Shown: positions 37,699 through 47,318 of the stretch, one piece after another
Position numbering within the stretch: the first letter of the stretch is position 1
Layout of the letters: the number at the start of each line of letters is the position of its first letter
Source of the DNA: Alkalispirochaeta sp.
GTDB lineage: Bacteria; Spirochaetota; Spirochaetia; DSM-27196; Alkalispirochaetaceae
Assembly: GCA_965601925.1 (NCBI GenBank)
Contig: OZ271854.1
Location: forward strand, 3,456,001 to 3,520,000
DNA length: 64,000 nt
Reading direction: 5' to 3'
Program-made: the position numbers and the translations under genes
The notes under the pieces: generated by a model
Database searches by the model: none
What the model was told of the DNA's origin: nothing
What the model saw: only the letters and a program-made list of their open reading frames with translations

Positions 37699-39062
37699 CC
37701 GTTCTCCAGATACCGGGTGAGGAGCCGAGTCGCGTCTTCCGGATACTCCGTCCCGAGGACGCCGACGGAGGCCATGATGTAGTGCCGGTCGATGAGAATC
37801 TTCGGAACGGCCGGGGGAAGAAGGTCGTTGGCACTGCCCGTTGTGAACAGTTCTTCAAGTTGGGCTCGCCCCGTCCCGAGCCGCGTCAGAGTCCCGCCGG
37901 TGCCGACGACGTGCTTCACCGCCGTGAGGTCTCGCCCCACGGCGACGGTCCTTTTGCCCCCCGAGGCGAAGGAGTCGCCGTATTTCCCGGCGTGGCGGTG
38001 AAGGGCGAGTTTGAGGGCCGTCAGGCTCAGCTCGCCGACCAAGGTGCGCTCCGTGTCGTCGGCGGGAATGGGGCCTAAGGCCTCGACGGCGGCGTGAAGG
38101 TCCCTCTCGGCGATTCCGGTGACTCGGGACAAGCGCTTGGGGTCGGAGCACTCCAGGACGTTCATTCGGTTGATGTACACGCCGAGGTCCCCTTCGACGC
38201 TCCGCTTGGCGTCCGGTTCCGGGGAGATTTGGATCGCGCCGACCTCCTCGCTGCCGTCGGTGGCGGAATGGACGTCCGTGGTCGCGCCGCCCACGTCGAA
38301 GGTCATCACATCGCCGAGCTCTCGTTTTAACAGAAGCGTGGCCTCCATGACGGCTCCCGGTGTCGGGATCACAGGCCCGTCGACGAGATCGCGAATCTTC
38401 TCCATGCCCGGGGCGTGGACGATGCACTCTTCAAAGATCGCCTGAATCGCCTTGCGCGCCGGGCGAACCTCCAAGCGATCGATAGCGGGGTAGACGTTAT
38501 CGACGATGTAGAGCTTCGAGGCGGTCGATGAGAATATGCTTCGTATCTCGTCGTGGTTCTGAATGTTGCCGGCGTAGAGGATGGGAACGGCGAGACCAAG
38601 CTCGGCGATCTTCTCAGCGTTGTCCAGGGCCGTATCGCGCTCGCCGTAGTCGACGCCGCCGGCAAGCATGATGATGTTCGGTTCCAGGGATCGAAGCGTC
38701 TCGAGCTCCGTTCGGCGTAGTCGCCCCGCGGTGATTTGGTGGATGTTGGCTCCGGCACCCAGGGCCGCCTCCCGGGCGGCGCGTACCGTCATGTCGTAGA
38801 CCAGGCCGTGGACCGTCATGCGAAGACCGCCCGCCGCGCTGCTCGAGGCGAGAAAGCGTTTCCAATGCAGATCCTCGATCTCGAGGGTTCGTTTCAGATC
38901 GTCCAGGGCGGCGTTCATCCCCACCGTTACGTCACCGGCTCCGACGCTTGTCGGCGCCGAGCCTTGACCGAGATGGCGTGGGGCGGCCGTTTCGAGGCCC
39001 CCGAAGGCGTTCACGACGGTGGTGGTGCTCCCGATCTCCGCCGTGAGGAGATCTACGGTCAT
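37695..39062 (-). CDS. GlmL/MutL-related ornithine aminomutase reactivating factor
   Basis: AEIGSTTT, SSAAGGL, PTPGAV, DVGGATTDVHS, RSVEGDLG; directly downstream of oraE. Confidence 0.88.
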   Translation of the reverse strand: MTVDLLTAEIGSTTTVVNAFGGLETAAPRHLGQGSAPTSVGAGDVTVGMNAALDDLKRTLEIEDLHWKRFLASSSAAGGLRMTVHGLVYDMTVRAAREAALGAGANIHQITAGRLRRTELETLRSLEPNIIMLAGGVDYGERDTALDNAEKIAELGLAVPILYAGNIQNHDEIRSIFSSTASKLYIVDNVYPAIDRLEVRPARKAIQAIFEECIVHAPGMEKIRDLVDGPVIPTPGAVMEATLLLKRELGDVMTFDVGGATTDVHSATDGSEEVGAIQISPEPDAKRSVEGDLGVYINRMNVLECSDPKRLSRVTGIAERDLHAAVEALGPIPADDTERTLVGELSLTALKLALHRHAGKYGDSFASGGKRTVAVGRDLTAVKHVVGTGGTLTRLGTGRAQLEELFTTGSANDLLPPAVPKILIDRHYIMASVGVLGTEYPEDATRLLTRYLENG

Positions 39063-41275
39063 CAGAGCCCCCGCTCGTCCCTGTTCTTCACCAGGAAGGT
39101 CGCCACTTGGGACCCGTCGGTGCCCCGACCGAAGGCGCGGTCCACGCCGTAGCGCTCGGCGACCTCCGGCGAAACTTGGGTGCCCCCGGCGCAAAAGATG
39201 ACTCTGTCGCGAACGCCCTTTTCGACGCAGGCGTCGTGGATCTTTTGCATGTTCTTATAGTGTACGTCGTCGTGGCTGATAATGGTCGAAGCGAGGATCG
39301 CGTCGGCGTCGAGCTCGATCACGGCGTCCACCAACTTTTCTACGGGACACGAGGTGCCCAGGTAGTGGACCTCGATGCCGAACTGTTCGATACCGCCGTG
39401 TTTGATGTCGATGATCTCCCGCAGGCCCACGGAGTGTTCGTCCTCTCCCACCGTCGCCGCCACGACCTTCATAGGACGCGTCTTGATCGCCGCCGACAGC
39501 TCCTCGAAGCTCATGATTTCCGGCTCCTCCGGGACGACGAGCGTCTCCAAGTCGATGCTGTGGGGAAAGCTACCCTTGATCTCTACGCGTGTTCCTTCGG
39601 CGGCCTGCAGCACCTCCGTATGAATGACCTCCACCTCTTCGAGGCCCATCTTTTTGCCGACCTCGATGGCGGCGTAGTAGGCGGTCCGCTCGTCCACCGG
39701 AAGAAACATGGTTGTCTGCACGACGCCGTCGCCGGCCCATTCCATCTCCGGTTTGACGATGGCTTTTTCTCGGTAATCCCGGGTCTCCTCGAGGCGCGCA
39801 TTGACGTTGTCAGCCGCGTCGAGCTCGTCGATGAATATAATCTTCTCGGGCCTCTCGAAGGTTCCGCCGCCGATGAGCGACGCCGGGTCCCGTACCGCCT
39901 CGTCGCCGTAGGGCTCGAGGTTGTTGTAGCCGAAGTGGGCCGTGACCGGCGCCATGTAGTCCGGGGCCCGCTCGTAAACGGTACCGGCCCCGATGCCGCC
40001 GTCGATGTGCCGGACGATGGCGTCGTCGTTTCGTTCGGGATAGTACCCGGAATCGACGAAGAAGCCTTCTTCAACGGCGTTAAAGTAGCCGCCGACCTCG
40101 ACCATCTCTTCCAAGTAGAGAACGGCACGCTCCTTGAGCTCTCGCACTTTATGGGATAGTTCGCCCTCTTCGCGGCGAATCCGGACCATCTCGGAGAGGC
40201 CGTCCATGCCGGCGAAGGCCTGGTTGGCCGTGTCGGTACCCTCGATGTTGTAAATGTGCCAGGGAACGTTCCGCCCCTCGTCGGGGGTGATGGTCGACTG
40301 TATCTCCGCTCGAGTGAGTTTGGAGATCAGGAGGTTCAGGGTGTGAGTAACGGTAGCCTCCCGGGTGGAGGAGCCCATGTATTTCGTGTTCTGCTGAGCC
40401 CGCATCTTGTACTCAGAGAAGAGTTCGCGCAGGGCGACGGCGTAGGGGAGGTCGAGGCGCATGCAGGGAGCGGGAGGAGCCGTCGGCGGCACCGTTGAGA
40501 GGCAGATGTTCTCTTTCTTCATGCCGACTTTGACCGAGAAGATCGAGTTGAGGCCGTGCTGTACCATGAGCTCGGGCATGACCTTCCAGGCGTCGCGCGC
40601 CGTGGCGTTTGCGTTGTGCGCGCCGTCGATCTGGGCGATCCCCGCCCAGGCCATGATCGTTTTGGCCGCGGCGGCGTCGACGAAGGAGCGCACCATGTTG
40701 ATGTTGCGGTAGAGTACGTTGTACTGCGGGTCCTGGTGGGCGCCGTTCACTCCCTCTTCGGCGAAGAGTACGGCGATCTCAGGCCCCGCCACACCGCTTA
40801 CGTAGGAGTGGTAGTTAATGGGGCGTCCCACCTCGTCTTCGATAAGGTCGAGGGCCTTTCTTTGGGCGCGGAGCTGCTTGCGGGTGATGGGCACGCCGCC
40901 GATCCCTTGGGGCGTCCCTTCCAGGAGGCCGTCCATGTGGCTCTGGCCGGCGGTGCGTATAACCATGAGGTGATCCGCGCCGTGCCAGGCCGCCATCCGC
41001 ATGCGTCGGATATCGTCCTCGAAGCGCCCCGAGGCGATCTCCGTGGTGATGGTGCTCGTGGGTTGCGGTGCGATGCCGTCGAAATACCTGCTCGCCGGCA
41101 ATCCCACCGCCCGATCGAGCTTCTCGCTCGTTTCGTAGTACTCGAACTTGCCGAGTCGTTGCTTCGGACCCGCCCCTTTGCGCCAGATCCAGTGCCGCCT
41201 GCGAGGACGATAGTGCTCCAGGCCCTTCAGTATTTCGACGACGTCTATCTTCGTATTCGGATCAAGGGGCTTCAT
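39062..41275 (-). CDS. oraE: D-ornithine 4,5-aminomutase large subunit
   Basis: EIASGRFEDD, B12-binding EDEHSVG, IIDIKHGG (PLP Lys). Confidence 0.95.
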   Translation of the reverse strand: MKPLDPNTKIDVVEILKGLEHYRPRRRHWIWRKGAGPKQRLGKFEYYETSEKLDRAVGLPASRYFDGIAPQPTSTITTEIASGRFEDDIRRMRMAAWHGADHLMVIRTAGQSHMDGLLEGTPQGIGGVPITRKQLRAQRKALDLIEDEVGRPINYHSYVSGVAGPEIAVLFAEEGVNGAHQDPQYNVLYRNINMVRSFVDAAAAKTIMAWAGIAQIDGAHNANATARDAWKVMPELMVQHGLNSIFSVKVGMKKENICLSTVPPTAPPAPCMRLDLPYAVALRELFSEYKMRAQQNTKYMGSSTREATVTHTLNLLISKLTRAEIQSTITPDEGRNVPWHIYNIEGTDTANQAFAGMDGLSEMVRIRREEGELSHKVRELKERAVLYLEEMVEVGGYFNAVEEGFFVDSGYYPERNDDAIVRHIDGGIGAGTVYERAPDYMAPVTAHFGYNNLEPYGDEAVRDPASLIGGGTFERPEKIIFIDELDAADNVNARLEETRDYREKAIVKPEMEWAGDGVVQTTMFLPVDERTAYYAAIEVGKKMGLEEVEVIHTEVLQAAEGTRVEIKGSFPHSIDLETLVVPEEPEIMSFEELSAAIKTRPMKVVAATVGEDEHSVGLREIIDIKHGGIEQFGIEVHYLGTSCPVEKLVDAVIELDADAILASTIISHDDVHYKNMQKIHDACVEKGVRDRVIFCAGGTQVSPEVAERYGVDRAFGRGTDGSQVATFLVKNRDERGL

Positions 41276-41642
41276 GGTGTACCGCCTCAAAAAGGGCTGC
41301 CGCATCGTCCCAGAGTTCGTTCCCCGCGAGCTTGAGACCCGCCTCTCTGATCTCCATGCCCTTCGCCTCGGCCAGTTTGTAGACCACGTGGCCGGCGCCG
41401 TGGCCGATGAGGTTCTTGTCTATCGCTCCGTCGACGATCGAAGCGCTCTCCAAACTCGAAAAGCCCATTCTCAAAAGAACCGAGCGCTCGATCGAGGGGG
41501 TGGTGTGTCGCGCCGCCGTCTCGACGATGGGTTCCATGAGTCGCTCGCAGAGCTCCCAGAAGCGCCGTTCCAGCTCTTTTTCGCTGAGTCCCTTCAGATG
41601 AACGCGCCGCTCCTCGAAATCGTCTCTTCGTTCCATACTCAC
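41262..41642 (-). CDS. oraS: D-ornithine 4,5-aminomutase small subunit
   Basis: RRDDFEERR, RFWEL, HTTPSIERSVLLRMGFSS, GHGAGHVV. Confidence 0.93.
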   Translation of the reverse strand: MSMERRDDFEERRVHLKGLSEKELERRFWELCERLMEPIVETAARHTTPSIERSVLLRMGFSSLESASIVDGAIDKNLIGHGAGHVVYKLAEAKGMEIREAGLKLAGNELWDDAAALFEAVHHEAP

Positions 41643-43057
41643 GCCGCTCCCTTAAAGGCATCGATAATCTTCCGGACCTCTTCGACGCCGATTTTCGTCT
41701 CATCAGCGAGGTAACGGAGGTCCTCCGACGCGATCTCATCACCGGCATCCGTCTTGGCGAGGCAGTTGCGGATGTAGGATCTCCGTATCTTATCGAGATC
41801 GAGATCGACGGCCCTGATCTGCGCGGGATGCTCGGGCAGGATGATCGAACGTCCCGGGATCTCTTCTGCGGGATCACCGAAACGGATCTCGATGCCGTTG
41901 TTCCGGGCGAAGGAGAGTTGAGGTTGAATGTGCTTTCCCGCGCCGGTGTATTCCGTCTCTTGAACGACGATGGTCTCCCCCTCGTTCATCTCTTGAGCCA
42001 GAGAGAACGCGGCGGCGAGCGACACGTTTCCCGCGGGACCTCGTTCCAGGCCCTCGAGCTGTGCGAGGGCTTCGGTCATATAGAAAACCTCGCCCTGCCG
42101 GACGGTCACATAGCGGTCCATGTAGCGCAACGGGCGCGCCGCCGAGCGCGGTACGTCGGAGCGGTCGGGGTTCGTCGCAAAGGGAATGCCGAAACCGGTG
42201 TGCCCCGTGGTGAAAGACTTGCGGTTGAACTGTGTGTCGCTCGCCATGTGAAGCCCTGAGAGGTCCACGCTTGCCGCAACGATCTCCGTGTCGGCGGCGC
42301 CGGCCTTGGTGAGGCCCCGAGCGGTTCCCGTGATGTTTCCCCCTCCCGCGGTGGTGACGACCACCCCGTCGGGGTTGCGTCCCGTGAGGCCCGTCATCTG
42401 TTCCGAGATCTCGTATCCCAGGGTCTCGACCCCGGCTATGCCGAAGGGCGTGTAGAGTGAGGCGTTAAAGAAGCCCGTCTCCTCCAACAGCCGGAGGAAG
42501 GCGTAAAAGAGTTCCGGTCCTACGGAGAGTTGAACGACCTCGGCGCCGTACGCCTCGCACTTTCGAGCCTTCTCTATGGTTTCGGGCTGTCCTTTGCCGG
42601 CCGAGTCGTAACACTCCTGAACGATGATGCATTTTAAACCCCGCATGGCGGCCTGGCTTGCAACGGCGGCGCCGTAGTTACCGCTTGTGGCGGCGATGAC
42701 ACCGTTATAGCCGAGCTTCTCGGCGTGATAGACACTGATCGCGGCGCGCCGGGCCTTAAAGCTCCCGGAAGGGTTTGACGCCTCGTCTTTGAGGAAGATC
42801 CGCGCCCCCTTTCCCGGTGCGGCGACCGTGCGGCAAAGGGCCGTTATGCGTTTCAGCTCGTAGATCGGGGTGTTGCCGACCCCGGCGCCGCGCTGGATGT
42901 CGCGGATCTCCGGAAGGGAGTAGCCGACCTTTTTCATCATCCCCTCGTAGTCGAAGGCGATCGATCCCGATTCGAACTGCCCGTAGTCGATACCGACCGA
43001 GGCCTTCATGATTTCGCCCCTCCGGGCCATGAGGCTATTGTAGTCCTTAGCGGCCAT
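41639..43057 (-). CDS. ortB: 2-amino-4-oxopentanoate thiolase beta subunit
   Basis: GVGNTP, KDEASNPSGSFKARRA (PLP Lys), ATSGNYGAA, ETEYTGAGKH. Confidence 0.93.
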   Translation of the reverse strand: MAAKDYNSLMARRGEIMKASVGIDYGQFESGSIAFDYEGMMKKVGYSLPEIRDIQRGAGVGNTPIYELKRITALCRTVAAPGKGARIFLKDEASNPSGSFKARRAAISVYHAEKLGYNGVIAATSGNYGAAVASQAAMRGLKCIIVQECYDSAGKGQPETIEKARKCEAYGAEVVQLSVGPELFYAFLRLLEETGFFNASLYTPFGIAGVETLGYEISEQMTGLTGRNPDGVVVTTAGGGNITGTARGLTKAGAADTEIVAASVDLSGLHMASDTQFNRKSFTTGHTGFGIPFATNPDRSDVPRSAARPLRYMDRYVTVRQGEVFYMTEALAQLEGLERGPAGNVSLAAAFSLAQEMNEGETIVVQETEYTGAGKHIQPQLSFARNNGIEIRFGDPAEEIPGRSIILPEHPAQIRAVDLDLDKIRRSYIRNCLAKTDAGDEIASEDLRYLADETKIGVEEVRKIIDAFKGAA

Positions 43058-43364
43058 GACTCAGCTCCTCTTCGTCAAGTATGGCCCGGAGCTTTCGCCC
43101 GATCTGCAGGACCTCGGGGATGAGGCTGCCCCAGGCGTGATCGAAGCCCGGGTTATGCTCAAGGAGCTCGCCGGAGATACGGCGGCCGATAATCGTCTCG
43201 ATCTCGACGGTGTCACCGAAGGAGGCCTCTTTGTTCACCAAAAAGCCCTTGTCCCACATCTCCAGGGGAACGCCCTTCGTATCCTCCGGGACCTGGGGCG
43301 CCCGCTCCGAGGCCCGGAGTATCGTTTCGTGTATTCTGACCCAGTCGCCGCGTCTTGCATCCAT
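43047..43364 (-). CDS. ortA: 2-amino-4-oxopentanoate thiolase alpha subunit
   Basis: GDWVRIH, ERAPQVPEDT, PLEMWDKG. Confidence 0.92.
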   Translation of the reverse strand: MDARRGDWVRIHETILRASERAPQVPEDTKGVPLEMWDKGFLVNKEASFGDTVEIETIIGRRISGELLEHNPGFDHAWGSLIPEVLQIGRKLRAILDEEELSHGR

Positions 43365-43367
43365 GGC

Positions 43368-44417
43368 TCACCTCTCGATCAAATCGCGCATGTCCCCCAT
43401 GACCGCCCGGGGCACGGGAAGGTCGATCATCGTCTTCAGGCCAGCAGAGGCGTTTATCACGTGGGGAATCATGTTGACGCACATGGCGATCGTCCCGACG
43501 CCCCCGGGGACCTCAGGCTTGATCGTCATATTGATGTCCGGAGTCCCTTTGATGCGGATGTAGTCCCCCGTGTCGGTGCCTTCGAGCTGGGGCTCGATTT
43601 GCTGGGGGTGGATCATCTTGATCTTCTCCTCGCCGTCGACGAATCCGGCGCCTTTCATGGTGCACCCCGCGACCTCGCCGGGTTGTACCTCGGCGTAGGG
43701 GGTCCTGCGGTGGACCCTCGAGACGATGGGCTCCATCGATTGGCGTACCGGCTCGCTGAGCTTCCAGCCGAGTGCCTCGGTGATCATGCCGACCGACTCG
43801 TTGAAGCCCACGTGACCGGCCAAGGTCTTGCTGCGAACCCCATCGGCAAACTGCTCCTCCGTAAGACCGACGCCCTGCTCCTCCATAACGGCGGGACCGA
43901 ACGGAGAGAGACTGTTGACCCGTTCCGCCTCGATCCGTTCCACGTCGATGCACGCGCCGGTCAAGGTGATCACCAGAAGATCCATGATGAGGCCCGGATT
44001 GATACCGGTGCCCAGGACGGTCGCGCCGTGTTCCTTGGCGATCCTGTCGAGCTTTTCGGCCAGCTCCGGTTCCGACGAGCGGGGAAAGGCCATCTCCTCG
44101 GCGGTAGAAATGACGTTCAACTTGTGTTCGAGGAGAAACGCGATCTTGTCGAAAGCCTCGGTCGTGAAGGAATCGGTGGCCAGGAGGGCGACATCGGCGC
44201 AGCCGTCGCTCACAAGGGATCCGATGTCGCTCTCGACGATGAGCTCCGGATGGTTGCCGCGATCCACATCCAAGAGGGCGTAAATACTTTTACCCTCCCG
44301 GTCGGGATGTTTGTCGCAGACTGCGGAAATCGCTACCCCTCGTTTCTTCAGGAGCATCTTGGCCATGCCGCTCCCCATGGCCCCGAAGCCCCACAATAAG
44401 ACTCTCAGATTCTCCAT
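43368..44417 (-). CDS. ord: 2,4-diaminopentanoate dehydrogenase
   Basis: WGFGAMGSG, NVISTAEEM, LGTGINPG, GHVGF, PGGVGTIAM; RBS AAGGGGAG before ATG 44417. Confidence 0.93.
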   Translation of the reverse strand: MENLRVLLWGFGAMGSGMAKMLLKKRGVAISAVCDKHPDREGKSIYALLDVDRGNHPELIVESDIGSLVSDGCADVALLATDSFTTEAFDKIAFLLEHKLNVISTAEEMAFPRSSEPELAEKLDRIAKEHGATVLGTGINPGLIMDLLVITLTGACIDVERIEAERVNSLSPFGPAVMEEQGVGLTEEQFADGVRSKTLAGHVGFNESVGMITEALGWKLSEPVRQSMEPIVSRVHRRTPYAEVQPGEVAGCTMKGAGFVDGEEKIKMIHPQQIEPQLEGTDTGDYIRIKGTPDINMTIKPEVPGGVGTIAMCVNMIPHVINASAGLKTMIDLPVPRAVMGDMRDLIER

Positions 44418-44469
44418 CGGTTCACTCCCCTTGTGGTGGAACGACATCGGCAACGTAGAATCGCTGCTA

Positions 44470-44520
44470 ATTACTACTACGATAGTGATTTTAGTATAGA
44501 CCAGCCTTCGGAGCTGTCAA
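44470..44520 (-). promoter_or_regulatory. ord operon sigma70-type promoter with palindromic operator
   Basis: Minus strand TTGACA(44520-44515)-N16-TATACT(44498-44493); ATTACTA-ctacga-TAGTGAT at 44470-44489. Confidence 0.75.
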
Positions 44521-44652
44521 GACCCATGTGCTTCACCGAAGGAAGGCACTTTTTTTTTTGACCGTCGGAGGAGTCGAATCGATACCGCACGCTATCACTT
44601 TTTTTGGTAGTAACGACTCGGCCGAACTCGAGCATCGAAAAGGGAGAAGCCG

Positions 44653-45049
44653 ATGGATGAACGGAAGATAGTCGTCGTCGCCCTCGGTGGAAATGCGATC
44701 ATCCAAAAAAGGCGCGCAGGGGGATATCCACCGGCAGTTTGCCAATACACGCATCTCGATGGGAGAGGTGTTCAAGCTGATACAACGGGGCTATAGGGTG
44801 TTCGTGACGCACGGTAACGGTACCCGGGTGGTAGACCTAATGCTCATTGACGGACAAGGCTCTGGAGATCTTGCCTGAGACGCCCTTGCGGTCGCCGACG
44901 TCATGACCGCCGGTTCCATGGGACCGAAGATCCTTGCGGCGATCGAGTTCGTCCAGGCGAATCCGGAAAACAGGGCGATTATCACCGACGTGGAGCACCT
45001 CGAAGATGCCGTTCGGGGAGAGGCGGGAACGGTGATCAGCGCGTACTGA
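44653..45049 (+). pseudogene. arcC: Carbamate kinase pseudogene (frameshift plus large internal deletion)
   Basis: MDERKIVVVALGGNAIIQK, frameshift in an A6 run, then GYRVFVTHGNG, stop, then C-terminal AGSMGPKILAAIEFV...GEAGTVI; ~400 bp versus ~930 bp for an intact gene. Confidence 0.88.
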
Positions 45050-45064
45050 ATCGATCCGGACGCG

Positions 45065-45886
45065 TCATTGGCCGTATTTCTGCCGGAGTCGTTCGAAGTT
45101 CTTACCGAAGACCTCATCTACCGTATCACCGAGATAGTTTTTCACCTCGGCGATGTAAAAATCGTGAATGATGAAACCCTCGATCGATTTGATCAGCCCC
45201 TTGTTCCGCGTCCAGACCGACTGGCACGGGGATATCCCTCCCAAGCTCCCGGCGATGCAGACGTTGGAATCCACGACCAGGTCGAGGGACCTTCCGCTTT
45301 CGGCGATGTCGTTGAGGTTTTCGATGCTGTGGTAATGTACCTCTCCGAACTCCGGTTCCGCCGTCCCGTAGAGGAGAATCAGGATTCTGGCCCCCCGCTT
45401 CTCGGCCTTTCGGAACGCCTCTTCCAGGACCTCGAGCTCCTCGTCCCAGAGCCCGACGAAGATCTTTTCTTCCGCTTGGGCGATGAGCTCCGCGGCCATC
45501 TCAAGCGCTTCGGTCCGTCCCGACAGGTTCCATACGGGGTCGAAATCGGCGGTGAACTGGATGGAATCGAGCTGCTCTTTGAGCTCCGACGTCAGCTTCG
45601 AGTTGTCCCGCCGCAGGCGCGCCACGAGCTCCTCGGGAGAGATGGGAGAAAAGAGCTCCGGGTTCGTCCCCTTGGACGTCACATATCCCCGTTTGATCAA
45701 GCGCCGGGTGGTATCGTACACGCGGGAATGCGGAACGCTTGAGTTCTTCGAAATGCTGTACGCGCTCATGGGGTGGTCATCGAGAAGGGCCATATAGACC
45801 TTGCCCTCGTACTCGGTGAAACCGAGCTCCTTTAAATTGCCTATAATCGCATCCGTCGGTGCACCGCTCGTCTTGCGCTTCGTCAC
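45065..45886 (-). CDS. TrmB family transcriptional regulator
   Basis: LKELGFTEYEGKVY, SSVPHSRVYD winged HTH plus C-terminal effector domain; start GTG 45886 approximate. Confidence 0.9.
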   Translation of the reverse strand: MTKRKTSGAPTDAIIGNLKELGFTEYEGKVYMALLDDHPMSAYSISKNSSVPHSRVYDTTRRLIKRGYVTSKGTNPELFSPISPEELVARLRRDNSKLTSELKEQLDSIQFTADFDPVWNLSGRTEALEMAAELIAQAEEKIFVGLWDEELEVLEEAFRKAEKRGARILILLYGTAEPEFGEVHYHSIENLNDIAESGRSLDLVVDSNVCIAGSLGGISPCQSVWTRNKGLIKSIEGFIIHDFYIAEVKNYLGDTVDEVFGKNFERLRQKYGQ

Positions 45887-46124
45887 CCGCCTATGATCCG
45901 CCGCGATTCCCGTTTCGTCAATCGTCACGGGTGCGGGAACGGATCGGGCCGGTATGCAGCCGCGACGATTCACGTTCGCGTCGCGGAAACCCGAGACGAC
46001 GGAATCGGGCTTCCGCCGACACCCGGAGGACGTCCCGAGTAGTGAGACCCAGCCGGACAGTCTCAGAATAGATGCCTTGCCACGGATAAAGAGTAAACGT
46101 CGAATGTGCTATGATTGAAGTACG

Positions 46125-47318
46125 ATGAGTGACGCGCAGCAAACGGCCCAGGATCCCTTCGGCTTTCTCGGTTCTTCGTTCTCCTTTCGGAACAATCAAG
46201 ACGAGATACGGCGCAACCTCACATTGATCATCAGGATCCGCTGGTTCGTCTCACCGAGTATTCTCCTCATCATGGTCCTCGCGGGCTTGATCGGTGTAGC
46301 GAACCAGTTCACCTTCTCGATCGAGCAGATTGCGATCAACGGTGTCAACGTCCTCATCATGCTCATGCTCAATCTCTGTTACACCGTTCTCGCTCGGCGA
46401 GTTGAGGACCTCGGCCCGCTCGTCGTTCTCCAACTCATGATCGACGTCATTCATTTTGCCTTCACCGTGTACAAGACCGGAGCGGTGACCAGTCCTTTTA
46501 CGTTCCTCTTCTTCTTCGTGATCTTCTCCGGAGCGCTCCTCGTATCGGGACGCACCGCGTACTTCATAGCGGGCATCTCATCGTTCCTGTACGGAGCCAT
46601 CGTACTACTCGAGCGAATCGGGATCATACCGCATCAGGCGTACTTCAGTCCGTTCTCCGGTCTGCAGGAGAATCTTTCCTATTTCTTCTTGAGCGTCGGC
46701 TTCACGATCGGCTCGATGTTTGCGTTTGCCGCCCTTGCGGCGTTTCTCACCGGTCTGATCCACCGCCGTCAAGAGGAGCTGCGAAAGACGGTGCGGCTGC
46801 TGCGCGAGAAGAACGATACGATGCTCATGCTCTTCCGGACGGCGGAGACGCTCAACCGGCACGTACAGATCGATGAGGTCGGCGAGTACGTCCTCGACCA
46901 GTTGATGGGCCATCTCGATCTCGATCGTGCATTACTCTATCTCGTCGAGGGCGACGTGCTGAGGCTCCTACTCGTGCGGACTAGAGGCGGCCGCACCGAC
47001 GATTCGGTGACTCTCGAGATTCCACTCACGATCGAGTCGGGGCTCACCGCCCGCGTCGCGATAGAGCAAAAGGCGTTCAACGTCCGCGAACCGGAACGGT
47101 CCGAGCTGATCAATCGAGAACTCGCCAAGAAGGTCGGTCTCAACCCCTTTGCGATCGCACCGCTGGTGCTTCGCGGCCGCACGGTCGGAGTGATCGGCAT
47201 CGATCGCAGCGACCATCCGATCAAAACCGAGGAGTTTCAGGTGCTCAAGGCGTTCGCCAACCAAGCGGCGATTGCGATCGACAGCGTTCGTCGCGTCGCC
47301 GCGTCGGAGCGCACGTGA
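46125..47318 (+). CDS. Membrane protein with C-terminal GAF domain
   Basis: About 6 TM helices (TGAVTSPF motif), coiled coil, GAF (APLVLRGRTVGVIGID...FANQAAIAI), then stop. Confidence 0.8.
   Translation: MSDAQQTAQDPFGFLGSSFSFRNNQDEIRRNLTLIIRIRWFVSPSILLIMVLAGLIGVANQFTFSIEQIAINGVNVLIMLMLNLCYTVLARRVEDLGPLVVLQLMIDVIHFAFTVYKTGAVTSPFTFLFFFVIFSGALLVSGRTAYFIAGISSFLYGAIVLLERIGIIPHQAYFSPFSGLQENLSYFFLSVGFTIGSMFAFAALAAFLTGLIHRRQEELRKTVRLLREKNDTMLMLFRTAETLNRHVQIDEVGEYVLDQLMGHLDLDRALLYLVEGDVLRLLLVRTRGGRTDDSVTLEIPLTIESGLTARVAIEQKAFNVREPERSELINRELAKKVGLNPFAIAPLVLRGRTVGVIGIDRSDHPIKTEEFQVLKAFANQAAIAIDSVRRVAASERT

Noticed and set aside
36491..37858. 455-aa Arg-rich alternative-frame ORF over orr
   Set aside because: Low-complexity Arg/Gly/Pro translation typical of an off-frame read; the orr frame carries all the motifs
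44550..44559. Poly-T tract as a phase-variation switch
   Set aside because: It lies upstream of a pseudogene, and length variation cannot be judged from one sequence
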